Notes: generated by a model from the letters alone, not told the origin. A stretch of DNA of 64,000 bases from a bacterium (GCA_963674965.2 CAXXFL010000001.1:1184001-1248000), one strand, 5' to 3'. Positions 8,947 through 19,956 are shown, counted from the first letter of the stretch. Made by a program: numbers and translations.

Positions 8947-10248
8947 TTAAAAGGGCAGGCCGGCGTTCACGTACAGCTCGGCCTGGTTCTCGTCGGACCA
9001 GCCAAGCTCGAACCTGATTACGACGCTGGGAGTTATGATGAAGCGGAAGCCGCCTCCCACCGCGTAATGGTAATCCTCGAACATTTCCTCGGGGATGTCA
9101 GTATAGTCCTCGTATACCCTGCCCTCCTCGTAGAAAAGGACGAAAGAGGGATACTGGGCCTTGATCAAACCGTCGAACAGGGCCACGCGCCAGTCGGTGA
9201 AAAATGCCTGCCTGATCTCGACGTTGAACTGGGTCGAGTTCTTGTCGATAAACCGGTTGCCGTAATAGCCTCGCAGGTTGTTGATATCGCCGAAGCTGGG
9301 CATCTGGTGGAAGGGCACTTCTCCCTGGGTCATGATGGCCTTTCCCTGCAGGGCCAGGATGGTATCATCGCTGAAGAGGGGAATGAACTGGCGGGCCTGA
9401 AGCTCGACCCTGTTATAGGAAAGGTCCGAGCCCAGTATCTCGTCGAAACGGTCGTAGTCGGCCTCGAAGTAATTTCCCTTTATGGGCCACACCACCTCTT
9501 CCCGGCCGCCGCCGAGGGGGAACCTGTCGACCCGGCGATCAAGATATACGCCCACGCCCACGCCGATGAGGTCGGCTTCCATGAAATGATAGCTGTAATA
9601 ATCCTCCGGATATAAGTCGGACACCAGCCTTTCCCAGAAAACGTCGTCCAGCTCATCGGCTATCTCCCCATCCCTGGGGTCCACGTGCATATAGGTGGCC
9701 TGAAGACGAAGACCGACGGCGCCCAGTTGGGTCTCGGGTATGCGGTAGGTGTAACGCGGCTGGAATTCCATCTTGGTCCAGGAATAGTTGCACAGGTCGT
9801 CCTCGGTGGAGAAGTTGCCGATGCCGTAATAGCGCATGGCCGGCTTTTCCTCATAGCCGAGGTAAAGCTTGAGACGGCCGTTAGGAGAAAGGAAATAAGG
9901 CTCCTGCCAGTCGATACTGTAAACCTGATACTGGGACTCGGTGTAGCTGAAGGAGAAGCTGGTGTCGCGTCCCTCCTTTCCGAAGATGTCGCGGTACATG
10001 ATGGCGAAGCCCACCCCGAAGCCGGTGTCAGGACCGGTGTATACGTAAGGCGTGCCGGCGAACTTGAGTTCCTTCTTGCCCTCCTTGCCGGATTCGGCCG
10101 TGTCGCCCTCCGCGGCCTCGGCCTCGCTGATCCTTTCGATCCTTATATACTTGCCCTTGTTTCCATCCTCAGGTTCCTCCGCTTTGACGGTCGGTAAAAT
10201 ACCCAGGCATACCACTAGCGCCGCGGTTAATGTCAACCAGGATTTCAT
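8947..10248 (-). CDS. Omp85 (BamA/TamA) family outer membrane beta-barrel, apparently without POTRA domains
   Basis: signal peptide; PYVYTGPDTGFGVG start of barrel; LRGYYGNRF lid motif; GGGFRF; C-terminal GLPF. Confidence 0.8.
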   Translation of the reverse strand: MKSWLTLTAALVVCLGILPTVKAEEPEDGNKGKYIRIERISEAEAAEGDTAESGKEGKKELKFAGTPYVYTGPDTGFGVGFAIMYRDIFGKEGRDTSFSFSYTESQYQVYSIDWQEPYFLSPNGRLKLYLGYEEKPAMRYYGIGNFSTEDDLCNYSWTKMEFQPRYTYRIPETQLGAVGLRLQATYMHVDPRDGEIADELDDVFWERLVSDLYPEDYYSYHFMEADLIGVGVGVYLDRRVDRFPLGGGREEVVWPIKGNYFEADYDRFDEILGSDLSYNRVELQARQFIPLFSDDTILALQGKAIMTQGEVPFHQMPSFGDINNLRGYYGNRFIDKNSTQFNVEIRQAFFTDWRVALFDGLIKAQYPSFVLFYEEGRVYEDYTDIPEEMFEDYHYAVGGGFRFIITPSVVIRFELGWSDENQAELYVNAGLPF

Positions 10249-10364
10249 CTAATCCCTCCCCCTTTCGAAATCGAGTCTAATAATTCTATATTATTCTCCG
10301 GCCAAAGGCCAGACGAGCAAGAGAGTTTATTTTTAGCGCATATTGGGCCATTAAGCAAGGCTTT

Positions 10365-12071
10365 TCATTGAATCTCTCTTATTTTATATGCCTTTATCGT
10401 CAATGAGTGGATGGTGAAGGGCGGCGGGTAATCGAATTGGTTGACCAGGCTAAGATTATAAAGCTTTCCATTGTCGGCCATGACGCCCGTAAGCCACTCG
10501 GACCCGTGCCTGGTCATCTCAAAATAATAGTCCGTCTTTTTTGCCAAAAGGTAAGGCCCGGTCCGGCGCTTATCGAGATAGGGAATGATGGTGGGGTCCG
10601 TCAATCCGCCCAGGTCGATTATCCTTCGCCTGGAATAGTATCCCAGACACCCTATGTCCAGGCAGGCGATGGATTCGCCCTCCCCCGTAAAAACCCTGGC
10701 CCACTCGGCCGCCGCTCGGTGCTCCTTTTTTAACTGGTCGGCGTTACGAAAATATTTTTGCCGCCACGCGCCCAGGAATAGTAACTCCATCGCCAGCGCC
10801 CCAATAATTATTAGGGCCGCGGTGGTCAGCGCGAAATTCGCGGGACTCAGCCCTCCGCGGGCGCTGGGTTTTTCTTTAGCTCTTTGCGCTAGGCCGCTCG
10901 TTATCGAGACCCCGGCCCAGGCCATGGCGGTCACCGAGAAAGCCCAGATAGCCGGGATCAGGGCGATCTGGTAACGGAGGTAATGGTAGGGCGTGACCGC
11001 CGACGCGGACCTGAAAAAAAGAGCGTGCAGTAAAAAATGAAAAAGGGCCCATGTCATAAAAACGCCGGCGGGAGTGACCCGGGTCAGTCTATTCATTAAG
11101 GCCGATTCACCCGCCTCGCCGTCCTTGTTTTTAACTTTGCTCGCGAAAAGCGCCGCCAGGGCCGCCACTACTCCAACCAGGCCCAGAAGAATAACGCCTC
11201 TCTCGTCGGTCCATAAATATATGACGTGTTGCTCCGCGAACCTCAGGATCGCCTGGGGGGATGGTCCCGAGTTAAAGATGTCGGACGCCAGTTTTCCCGC
11301 CCGGGTGGGAGGAAGAAGATATCCCGTCCTGGCGAATGAATATAGATACCAGGGAGCGGCGATGATTATGGATAAGCCAAGTCCCATCCAGGCTTTCCAT
11401 GACCTCTCGCCCGCGAGAAAAAGTATGGCCGCGAGCACGATTAAAAGGCCCCCCCCCGTGGGTCTGACAAGAATCATCAGGCCAAGGAATATGCCCGGAG
11501 CGATAAGGTAGCGGCCTCGACTGAAGAGCAATATCGAGGCGGCGCCCAGGCACAGGAACATGGCCGACTCCATGCCGGAACCGGCCAGCCACAGCATGTT
11601 TCCGGAAAGGGCCACGCCCAGTCCCGCCAGGGCGCCCATGACGAGAGGCCAGACGTTTATCACGGCCTTGGCTTTGGCCATCTTCATGGCGACGGACCTG
11701 GCCGCGATCTTGTAAACGAGGGCGGCGGAGACGGCGAGGAAAATCTCGCCTCCTATTCTCGCGGCCTCGACCGGGTCGACGCCGATGGCGGACAGGACCC
11801 CCAGCAAGGCGACCCAAAGGGGCGACGAGAACCCCAGGCTGAACTCGCCCGGGTTGAAGCAGAACCCGAGACCCTCGCCCAGGTTGGAGGCGAACCTCGA
11901 GTGGATGTAGGCGTCGTCCACCGGGAGGCCGGGAGCGCCCCTCGCGAAGGCCAGCGAAAGACCCAGGGAAATCCCGAAACAAATTGAAATAAGAGTCCAG
12001 TCAAGGAAAAGTATCTTTTTATCCTTGCCGGCCGGGCGGTCGGGCGAGTTGCTTTCAGACGCGGGCGTCAT
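10365..12071 (-). CDS. GT-C fold polytopic membrane glycosyltransferase (DDAYI type)
   Basis: VDDAYIH..FASNL.EG.GF.FNPGE..G.SSPLW, SGMES, RP after TM, DIGCLGYYS..IIDLGGL; many TM helices. Confidence 0.7.
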   Translation of the reverse strand: MTPASESNSPDRPAGKDKKILFLDWTLISICFGISLGLSLAFARGAPGLPVDDAYIHSRFASNLGEGLGFCFNPGEFSLGFSSPLWVALLGVLSAIGVDPVEAARIGGEIFLAVSAALVYKIAARSVAMKMAKAKAVINVWPLVMGALAGLGVALSGNMLWLAGSGMESAMFLCLGAASILLFSRGRYLIAPGIFLGLMILVRPTGGGLLIVLAAILFLAGERSWKAWMGLGLSIIIAAPWYLYSFARTGYLLPPTRAGKLASDIFNSGPSPQAILRFAEQHVIYLWTDERGVILLGLVGVVAALAALFASKVKNKDGEAGESALMNRLTRVTPAGVFMTWALFHFLLHALFFRSASAVTPYHYLRYQIALIPAIWAFSVTAMAWAGVSITSGLAQRAKEKPSARGGLSPANFALTTAALIIIGALAMELLFLGAWRQKYFRNADQLKKEHRAAAEWARVFTGEGESIACLDIGCLGYYSRRRIIDLGGLTDPTIIPYLDKRRTGPYLLAKKTDYYFEMTRHGSEWLTGVMADNGKLYNLSLVNQFDYPPPFTIHSLTIKAYKIREIQ

Positions 12072-15000
12072 TGGCCCGTCCGGAAAATATTTCGCCAGGC
12101 CGATTGCAGCTTCTCGGTGAGGCTGTCGCTGAGCGAGTAAATGACGGGAATGACGAAAGGCGTGAAAAAGGTCGAGGCCACCAGTCCTCCCAGGACGGCG
12201 ATGGCCAGTGGCGAGTACATCATGCTTCCCGTGTCGTTAAGCCCGAGGGCCATGGGGAAAAGCCCGACGATGGTGGTAAGGGCCGTCATCATGATCGGCC
12301 GGAAGCGGTCGGAGGCCGCCTGCATGAGGCTTTCCCGTTTTCCCAGCCCCTTCTTGCGCAGGTTATGCACGTGGTCGACCAGCACGATGGCGTTGTTCAC
12401 GACGATGCCAACCAGGAGCAGGCATCCGGCTCCGGAGAGGACGTTGAAGGTCGCCCTCGAAACCAGAAGGGCCACGACCACGCCGATGATGGCGAAGGGC
12501 AGAGTGAACATGATCACGAAGGGCAAAAAGAACGACTCGAACTGGGCCGTCATAACCAGGAAGACCAGGACCATGGCGAGGAGTATAGCTATGGCCAGGG
12601 TCTTCAAGTCCTCCTTGGTTTCCTCGAACTCCTCGCCGAATACCCAGGAATAGCCCATGGGAAGCTTCAAGTTGGCCAGCCTCGCCTTGACCCGGTCGGC
12701 CACGAAGGCGAGGTCCTTGCCCTCGGGGATAATGGGTATGCGGGCGGTGATAAGCCGGTTGTCCCGCCTTACCTGCTCGGGAATGGGCACCTCCCGGAAC
12801 TTGGCCACGTTCTTGAGGGGAATGAAATCGCCGCGGGCGTTCTGGATCATCATGGACTCGAGATTCATGCGGGACTTGCGGTCGGCCTCCTTGACCTGGA
12901 TGTAGATGTCCGTCGGGCTGTCCCCCGTGTGCATCTGGCCCACCATGACGCCCCGAACCGAATAAGACACGGCCATGGCAACCTGACCCGCCTCGAAGCC
13001 GTACTGCTTGGCCAGGTCGCGGTCGACCAGCACGTGAAGCTCCAGTTCGCCGTCCTTTTCGATCTCCTTTATTTCTTTTAGCCCTTTAACCCCGAGAATC
13101 TTGTTCCTTATCATCTCGGCGAAGAAGTAGACCTGGTCGGGGTCGGGCCCTCTTACCTTGATGCTGGTGCCGACCTGCGATCCGGGCGGGCCGCCGTGTC
13201 CTTCCCCCGCCGTGTCCAGGGAAACGCCGGGCCAGTCGACCTTTTCCTCGAGGAAATCGTTGACCATGTCCCGGAGTTCCTCGGCCGTGTACTTGGACTG
13301 GCGGTCGTTGGGCAGCACCAGAAGTATTCTCGTGAATACCGGGGTCACGATGGCCGCCACCGTCTCCAGGTCCCATTCCTCTTTTTTCTCCAGGAAAAGG
13401 TCCTCGAGGACCGCCATCTTGGCGTCAACTTCCTCGATGGGGGGCTTGCGCTCGAACTTGACGCTGACCCGCACGATCTTGATCAAAGCGGCCGGCACGG
13501 CCTCCTTCTCGATCAATTTGGGATCGGGCCAGGCAAACACGGCGATGGAAGCGATAAACAGCAGGCCGACTATTAACAAGGAGACAAAGCGGTGATCCAG
13601 TCCCCGCTCCAGCGTCTTGAGAAAAACCGAGGAAGTCTTCTCGAACCACTTGGGCATCCGCCGGGGAATGGGACGGAGAAGCCTCGAGGCCATCAGCGGT
13701 ATGAGAGTCAGGCTCACGAACAGGCTCGAGCTGATGGCCAGGGCCAGGACCATGCCTAGCTGTTTCATCAATATGGAGGCCTCGGACTGCTCGGTGAAAA
13801 TAAGGGGAAGGAAAACGATCACCGTGGTGGTGGTCGCCACGGATATGGCCAGTCCCACCTCGTTGCTGCCCTCAAGCGAGGCATGGAAGGGCGTCATGCC
13901 CCGCCGATGGGACAAATCTATGGACTCGAGAACCACGATCGAGTTGTCAACCAGCATGCCCACGCCCACGATAAGGGCGCTCAAGGTGATTACGTTGAAG
14001 CTTATCTCGAGGAAATACATGCAGGCGATGGTGGTCAGAATGGACATGGGAATGGCCATGGAAACGATAACCGTCGCCCTTATGCTCTTCAGAAAAAGAT
14101 ACAACACCAGAAAGGCCAGGCCGGCGCCCACGACCCCCGTTTCCGTCAGTATCTTGATCGACTGGGTGATCTCCTTGGACTGGTCGAACCAGGTGTACAT
14201 GTTAACGTCTTTGAGACGCGGGTCCTGGAAAAGCTTCTCCAGTTCCTTGTTCACCGCCCGGCAGGCGTCAACCGTGTTGGCCCCCGACTCCTTCAGGATG
14301 AACATGATATAGCAGCGGCGCTTGTTAAGACGCCCTATAAAAAAGGGCTTTTCATAGTGGACCCTCACGTCCGCCACGTCGCCGACGCTGACCGTCCCGG
14401 TGATGGGCAGCCGCCGTATTTCATCGAGGTCCTTGAACTCCCCCACGATGCGGACGTTGTGCGACTTCTCCGCGAAGTCCACCGAGCCCGCGGAGATGGT
14501 CATGTTGGCCGCCGTTAAAACCTCGAACACCTGGAGCACCGAGACGTGATAGGCGGTCAGCTTGTCCTGGTCTATCTCGACCAGCACCCTTTGTTCCTCC
14601 AGGCCCTCGACCTGGATGCTGGCCACGCCCTCCACCGTCTTCAAGGGACGGATAACGTAACGGTCGAGAAGGTCCGCGTTGTCCGCGCTGTCCTCCGGGA
14701 AGGTGATGGCCCCCATGATAATGGGAAACTGCTCGGTGTCGAACTTCTGGATTAAAATATTGTTGACGTCCTCGGGCAGGTCCTTTCGGATCGAGTCGAT
14801 CCGCTCCTGCACGTCCAGCACCATGTAGTCCATCTTGGCCGAGGGCGCCAGCTCGATACCGATATAGGCGTAGCCCGAGCGGCACCGGGTCATGATCTTG
14901 TCTATGCCCGGCAATGTCGAGATGGCCTCCTCGATGGGCTCGGCGATCTGGTCCGATATCTCGACCGGAGACGCGCCCTCGTAGGGGACGTGCACCTCGA

Positions 15001-15133
15001 TGTAGGGGATGTCCATCTTGGGCATGAACTCGAGGGGGATCTTGGGAATGGCCACCGCCCCAAGCACGACCACCAGGACGAAGACCATCATGGTCGTGAC
15101 CCCCCGGCGTATGGCCGCTTCCGATATCTTCAT
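12068..15133 (-). CDS. RND efflux transporter permease subunit (AcrB/AcrD/AcrF family)
   Basis: GMLVDNSIVVLE, QFESF, GIVVNNAIVLVD, RFRPIMMTALTT motifs; 1021 aa. Confidence 0.95.
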   Translation of the reverse strand: MKISEAAIRRGVTTMMVFVLVVVLGAVAIPKIPLEFMPKMDIPYIEVHVPYEGASPVEISDQIAEPIEEAISTLPGIDKIMTRCRSGYAYIGIELAPSAKMDYMVLDVQERIDSIRKDLPEDVNNILIQKFDTEQFPIIMGAITFPEDSADNADLLDRYVIRPLKTVEGVASIQVEGLEEQRVLVEIDQDKLTAYHVSVLQVFEVLTAANMTISAGSVDFAEKSHNVRIVGEFKDLDEIRRLPITGTVSVGDVADVRVHYEKPFFIGRLNKRRCYIMFILKESGANTVDACRAVNKELEKLFQDPRLKDVNMYTWFDQSKEITQSIKILTETGVVGAGLAFLVLYLFLKSIRATVIVSMAIPMSILTTIACMYFLEISFNVITLSALIVGVGMLVDNSIVVLESIDLSHRRGMTPFHASLEGSNEVGLAISVATTTTVIVFLPLIFTEQSEASILMKQLGMVLALAISSSLFVSLTLIPLMASRLLRPIPRRMPKWFEKTSSVFLKTLERGLDHRFVSLLIVGLLFIASIAVFAWPDPKLIEKEAVPAALIKIVRVSVKFERKPPIEEVDAKMAVLEDLFLEKKEEWDLETVAAIVTPVFTRILLVLPNDRQSKYTAEELRDMVNDFLEEKVDWPGVSLDTAGEGHGGPPGSQVGTSIKVRGPDPDQVYFFAEMIRNKILGVKGLKEIKEIEKDGELELHVLVDRDLAKQYGFEAGQVAMAVSYSVRGVMVGQMHTGDSPTDIYIQVKEADRKSRMNLESMMIQNARGDFIPLKNVAKFREVPIPEQVRRDNRLITARIPIIPEGKDLAFVADRVKARLANLKLPMGYSWVFGEEFEETKEDLKTLAIAILLAMVLVFLVMTAQFESFFLPFVIMFTLPFAIIGVVVALLVSRATFNVLSGAGCLLLVGIVVNNAIVLVDHVHNLRKKGLGKRESLMQAASDRFRPIMMTALTTIVGLFPMALGLNDTGSMMYSPLAIAVLGGLVASTFFTPFVIPVIYSLSDSLTEKLQSAWRNIFRTGQ

Positions 15134-15145
15134 GGCCCGAGCCCC

Positions 15146-18100
15146 TTACGATGACCGCTCGTCGTTACCGCCCGTTTGGCCGCCCGCGGTTGGCTTGTCT
15201 TTCGCCGTTTCCGTCCCGGGTCCCTTTTTTTCCGGCTCGCCGGCTTTCACGGTCTCTATCGATACTCCGCCCTCTTCCCTGACGGCCTTGGGCTTATAGG
15301 AGCGGGGCAGGATTTTATCCAGGATCAGGTAGACGCAGGGGATGGTGGTGAGGGTCATGAAGGTCGAGGCGATAAGCCCTCCGATGACGGTGATGGCCAT
15401 GGGGGCCCGAAGCTCGGCCCCCGGACCGAGGGCGATGGCCATGGGGGCCATGCCGAGCACGGTGGTCAGGGTGGTGATCAGGATGGGACGCAGCCTGGTC
15501 GAGCCCGCGTCCACGATGGCCTCGATCCTCTCGAGCCCCTCGTCTCTTCTCTGGTTGATGGTAGTCACGAACACGATGGCGTCGTTAACCGCTATGCCAA
15601 TCATCATGAGCATCCCGATTAGGGAGAAAATGTTGATGGTCTGCCCGGTCAGTATCAGGATGAGGGCGAGACCTATGAGGGAGAAGGGCACGCAGAACAT
15701 GATGACGAAGGGATGGACCAGGCTCTCGAACTGGGAGGCGAGCACGATGTACACCAGCATCAGGGCGAGCAGCGCCGCCAGGTAGAGGCTGGGCATGGAC
15801 CTTTTCATCTCCTCGTTTTGTCCCGTAATGCGCCAGACGTATCCGGCGGGCAGGGTTATTTTATTAAGGTCCCGCTCGATGTCGGCCACCACGTCGCCGA
15901 GGGGACGGCCGTGTATGTTGCCCCTGATGATGGCCACCCTGCTGTTCTCCGAGCGGGTGATGGTGGCGGGCCCCGCGCCTATTTCTACCCTGGCCAATTG
16001 ATCGAGCCTGACCTCGCCCTGGGCGCAGGGGATCATGATCCTTTGCAGCCTCTCCATGGTGTCGCGGTCGTCCTTTTCGAGCTGCACTCGAATGTCGATC
16101 TGCTGGTCCGGAAGATCGTAGGAACTGGCCAGTTCTCCCTTTACCTTGCCCTGGATCACGTTGGATATTTCCGTGACCGAGACCCCAAAGGACGCGGCCC
16201 GGTCCCGGTCTATGGCGATGTTGACCTCGGGGTTTTCCTCCCCCAGGGAGGACTCGATCTCGGCCAGGCCGGGAATGGCGGGGAACTCCCGCCCGTCCTT
16301 CTCGACCTTCTTCTCGAGCGCGGCCACTATGGTCTCGGAGGCCATTACCAGCTTGTCCAGGTCCGGTCCCTCGATCTCGATCTCGATCGGGGTCTTGTAA
16401 CTGAGAAGCTGGGGCTTGGCCGACCTCAAGCCCACCAACCCCACGATATCGCGGGAAAGGGCCGTGGTCACCTCGTCGATGATGGCCTCGTCCGAGACCG
16501 AGCGCTGGTCGCTCTCCACCAGGGAGACGTGGACCTCGCCCAGGTTTTCCGACTTCTCCGAGGCGCCCTCCCCCTCGGCCGTGCTGATGCCGACCGTGGT
16601 GAATAGAGAAGTGATTAGGTCGGCGTTCCGGACCTCGCGAATCCGGGACTCGATCTCGCCCATCTTGTCGTTCGTCTCCTCGATGGGAGTGCCGATGGGA
16701 AACTCGGCCCGGATGCGAAACTCGCTCTGGTCCACCGGAGGCAACAGTTCCCAGCCTATCACGTAGATAACGCCGACCGAGCCGACGGACACGATCATGG
16801 CTATCAGGCATACGAGGTAAGGATGGGCCAGCACCAGCCGGAGCTGTTTGGGATACCATCTCTTAAGCCCGTTAAAGAAAACGTCAAAAGCGGCAAGCGG
16901 CAAGGCGAGGAATCGAAGTCGGCTTTTTTCGGACTTCTTGCCGGGAGGGGACCCTTCATCCTTCGCCTGGGCTAAGACCCCCTCGGGAAGGTCCATCTCG
17001 CTGAGAAGCTCCTTGGGAAGCCGGACCCGTTTTCCCAAAACCACGCTGAGCATGGGCGCCAGGGAAAGGGCCACCAGTTCGGAGCAGATCAGGCTGAAAG
17101 CGACCGCCCAGGCCAGGTCCCCGAATATCTGCCGGAACATGCCCTCCAGGTAAAGGATGGGAAAAAAGACCATGATGTTGGTGAGCGTCGAGGCGGTGAT
17201 GGCCGAGCTCACCTCCTCCGCCCCCCGCAGGGCGCTGAGCTCCGCGTCGGGCTCGAAGACGCGGCGGCGAAGTATGTTCTCGATCACCACGATCGAGTTG
17301 TCCACCAGCATGCCCACGCCCAGCGCCAGGCCCCCGAGGCTCATGATGTTGAAGCTGATGTCCCGGAAGAACATGAGGTTGAAGGTGGCGATGATCGAGA
17401 CCGGGATGGAAAGGCCCACGATAAAGGTCGAGCTGAAGTTGCGAAGGAAAACGTAAAGCACCACCACCGCGAAAAAGGCGCCCCATATGGCCGTCTGGGC
17501 CACCGAGTAGATGGACTGGATTATGAAAACCGACTGGTCGGAGATGACCTTGATCTCGACCCCGTTCTCCATCTCGACGGGCTCCTCCTCGATGAAGAAG
17601 GGCCGGTAATTGAGAAGCAGGCCAAGTAGGCCGTTGGCCGCGCTTTTCAATTTCCGGACGGGGTCCTTAAGCTTCTTTTCCCACTCCTCGTTCCTGACGC
17701 CGGACCGATGCTTGTCCTTGATCTCGGCCACCGTGTCGTGAACGGACCGGGCCACGGTGACGATGTTGGCGTCTCCCTCCTTGAAGACCGAGACCTTGAT
17801 GCACTCCTTGCCCTCGAGCCGGGCTATCTCGGTACGCTCCTTGTGCTTCCTGCTCACCGTCGCCACGTCCCGGATTCTGATGGTCGCGGCCCTGGTCTCC
17901 TCCGAGCCCGAGGCGGAGCTCGAGCTCGAGGCCGAGCCGGCCGAGAGGGCCAAAAGGGACCCCATGCCGCCCAGGCCTCCCATTCCTCCCATGCCCCCCA
18001 TCATGGAGCTTGAGGCCCCCCCCATCCCGGAGGAGACGCTTGAAGTGGAGGAACCGCTTCCCGAGGAGCCGGTCCGCTCGGCGATGATCATGTCGCGTAT

Positions 18101-18814
18101 GCTCTCGAGTTCCTGGAAGCGGTTCACCGTCCTTACCGCCAGCTCGTCGCCGCCCTCCTCGATCGAGCCGCCCGCCACGTTGACGTTCTCGCTCTTGAGC
18201 CTTTCCACGATGGTCGAGACGCGAAGGCCCAGGCGGCTGAGCTTTTCCTCGTCGATCTCGATGATGATCTCGTCCTCGTATCCGCCCTCGACCTTGACCG
18301 CCGCCACCCCGTCAAGGCGCTCGAGCTCGAGCTCGACGTTCATCTCGACCCAGCGGCGCAGGGTCGCCAGGTCGGCGTCGCCGCCCACGGCCATGGTGAT
18401 GATCGGGTCCTGGTTGGGGTCGTACCGCAAAAGGACCGGCCTCTCGACCTCCTCGGGCAGGATGCTCTCGAGAAGCTGGATTTTCTCCCGGATGTCCATG
18501 GCGATCACGTCAACGTCCGAGCCCCACTTGAACTCGACGTAAACGTCGGACCAGTCCGGCCTCGAGACCGAGCTGACCTTGACCACGTTGTTGATGATTC
18601 CCACCGAGCTCTCGATGAACTTGGTCACCCTCTCCTCGACCTCGCGGGGGGCCGCGTGGGGGTACTCGGTGCGGATGGTTATCTTGGGATAGGTGATGTC
18701 GGGAAGCAGGTTAAGCGGTATCTTCTGCAAACTGACGAAACCGAGCAGAAGTATGCCCACGACGATCATCGAGAGCGCCACCGGCCGGCGTATCGAGGGA
18801 GTAGCAAGGTTCAA
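15146..18814 (-). CDS. RND efflux transporter permease subunit with low-complexity insertion
   Basis: GMLVDNSIVVIENI, LASQFES, AVNDAIVFV, RLRPILITTLTT; TTG start. Confidence 0.95.
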   Translation of the reverse strand: MNLATPSIRRPVALSMIVVGILLLGFVSLQKIPLNLLPDITYPKITIRTEYPHAAPREVEERVTKFIESSVGIINNVVKVSSVSRPDWSDVYVEFKWGSDVDVIAMDIREKIQLLESILPEEVERPVLLRYDPNQDPIITMAVGGDADLATLRRWVEMNVELELERLDGVAAVKVEGGYEDEIIIEIDEEKLSRLGLRVSTIVERLKSENVNVAGGSIEEGGDELAVRTVNRFQELESIRDMIIAERTGSSGSGSSTSSVSSGMGGASSSMMGGMGGMGGLGGMGSLLALSAGSASSSSSASGSEETRAATIRIRDVATVSRKHKERTEIARLEGKECIKVSVFKEGDANIVTVARSVHDTVAEIKDKHRSGVRNEEWEKKLKDPVRKLKSAANGLLGLLLNYRPFFIEEEPVEMENGVEIKVISDQSVFIIQSIYSVAQTAIWGAFFAVVVLYVFLRNFSSTFIVGLSIPVSIIATFNLMFFRDISFNIMSLGGLALGVGMLVDNSIVVIENILRRRVFEPDAELSALRGAEEVSSAITASTLTNIMVFFPILYLEGMFRQIFGDLAWAVAFSLICSELVALSLAPMLSVVLGKRVRLPKELLSEMDLPEGVLAQAKDEGSPPGKKSEKSRLRFLALPLAAFDVFFNGLKRWYPKQLRLVLAHPYLVCLIAMIVSVGSVGVIYVIGWELLPPVDQSEFRIRAEFPIGTPIEETNDKMGEIESRIREVRNADLITSLFTTVGISTAEGEGASEKSENLGEVHVSLVESDQRSVSDEAIIDEVTTALSRDIVGLVGLRSAKPQLLSYKTPIEIEIEGPDLDKLVMASETIVAALEKKVEKDGREFPAIPGLAEIESSLGEENPEVNIAIDRDRAASFGVSVTEISNVIQGKVKGELASSYDLPDQQIDIRVQLEKDDRDTMERLQRIMIPCAQGEVRLDQLARVEIGAGPATITRSENSRVAIIRGNIHGRPLGDVVADIERDLNKITLPAGYVWRITGQNEEMKRSMPSLYLAALLALMLVYIVLASQFESLVHPFVIMFCVPFSLIGLALILILTGQTINIFSLIGMLMMIGIAVNDAIVFVTTINQRRDEGLERIEAIVDAGSTRLRPILITTLTTVLGMAPMAIALGPGAELRAPMAITVIGGLIASTFMTLTTIPCVYLILDKILPRSYKPKAVREEGGVSIETVKAGEPEKKGPGTETAKDKPTAGGQTGGNDERSS

Positions 18815-18819
18815 TTTAC

Positions 18820-19932
18820 TTACGACCCGTTGCCCGCGCCTTTTTCAAGGTCGCCGCGCTTGATGACGATCTTGCTGCTGGGCGTGAGCGCGGCCTGGCC
18901 CTCCACGATGACCAGGTCCGTGTCCTTGACCCCCTCGAGGGTCTCGATCCATTTCTCGTCCACCAGCCCGGTCTTGATATTGACCAGCCTGGCGTTCTCG
19001 CCCGCCGCCACCCACACCTGGTTTTCGTTTCCAGCGATGAGGGCGCGGCGCGGAATGACCAGGGCCTCCGGCTTGACCGAGGTCACCACCTTGAGGCGGG
19101 CGAACATGCCCGGCCTTACGTTCATGCCGGGGTTGGGGATCGAGACCTCGACCTCGACCGTTCCCGTCTGGGTGTCCACCATGGGCTGAATCTTGCTCAC
19201 CTTGCCCTCCAGGGGAAACTCGGAGGGGTCCAGGTCCGCGTGGATCGCGTCGATCCTGATCCTGACCTCCTGGCCCAGGCTTATCTTGGCCACCTCCGCC
19301 TCGGTCACCGTGATGGGTATCTTAAGGTTGTCAAGGTCCGCCACGGTCATGATTACCTCCATGGCGTTGACCTGCCTGTAAAGCTCGACGTTGCGCTTGA
19401 TCACCACCCCCTCGAAGGGGCTCTTGATCTCGGTGTTCTTTACCCTGAGCTGGGAAAGGGAAAGGCTCGAGCGGGCGTCGTCATAGGACCTTCTCAGCTT
19501 GTCCAGCTCCGACTTGGACTTCATGCCCTCGTCGTAAAGCTCCTTGGCGCTAAGGTACTCCGAGCGCGCCAGGCGATAGGCGGCCTGGGACTGCTGCAGA
19601 CTAAGACGGTATTCCTCGTCGTCGATCTTGGCCAGAAGCATGCCCGCCTCGACCTCGTCGCCCACGTCCGCGTAAAGGGCCTCGACCGCGCCCGAGACCT
19701 CGCTGACAAGGTCCGCCCGCTGGACCGGCTCGATGTTGCCGTGGACCTCGATCACCTCCTCCATGGCCCGGGACTGGGGAGCAAGGGCAAGCACCGTGAT
19801 GGGGGCCTCCTCCGTCCCCTCCTCCTCGGACTTCTTCTTGCAGCCCTCGGGAGCGGCCAGGCCAAGGAAAAGAAAAGCGCATACGAAAATTATCGCCGCG
19901 GCGCGAAATGAAAAACTTGAAGATCGCGACAT
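18820..19932 (-). CDS. RND efflux periplasmic adaptor (membrane fusion protein)
   Basis: SEVSGAV..L..VGDEV..G.LLAKID, IKSPFEGVV, RPGMFAR, ALVIPRRAL. Confidence 0.93.
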   Translation of the reverse strand: MSRSSSFSFRAAAIIFVCAFLFLGLAAPEGCKKKSEEEGTEEAPITVLALAPQSRAMEEVIEVHGNIEPVQRADLVSEVSGAVEALYADVGDEVEAGMLLAKIDDEEYRLSLQQSQAAYRLARSEYLSAKELYDEGMKSKSELDKLRRSYDDARSSLSLSQLRVKNTEIKSPFEGVVIKRNVELYRQVNAMEVIMTVADLDNLKIPITVTEAEVAKISLGQEVRIRIDAIHADLDPSEFPLEGKVSKIQPMVDTQTGTVEVEVSIPNPGMNVRPGMFARLKVVTSVKPEALVIPRRALIAGNENQVWVAAGENARLVNIKTGLVDEKWIETLEGVKDTDLVIVEGQAALTPSSKIVIKRGDLEKGAGNGS

Positions 19933-19956
19933 GCCTTACCCCCGGACGCCGGCGGG

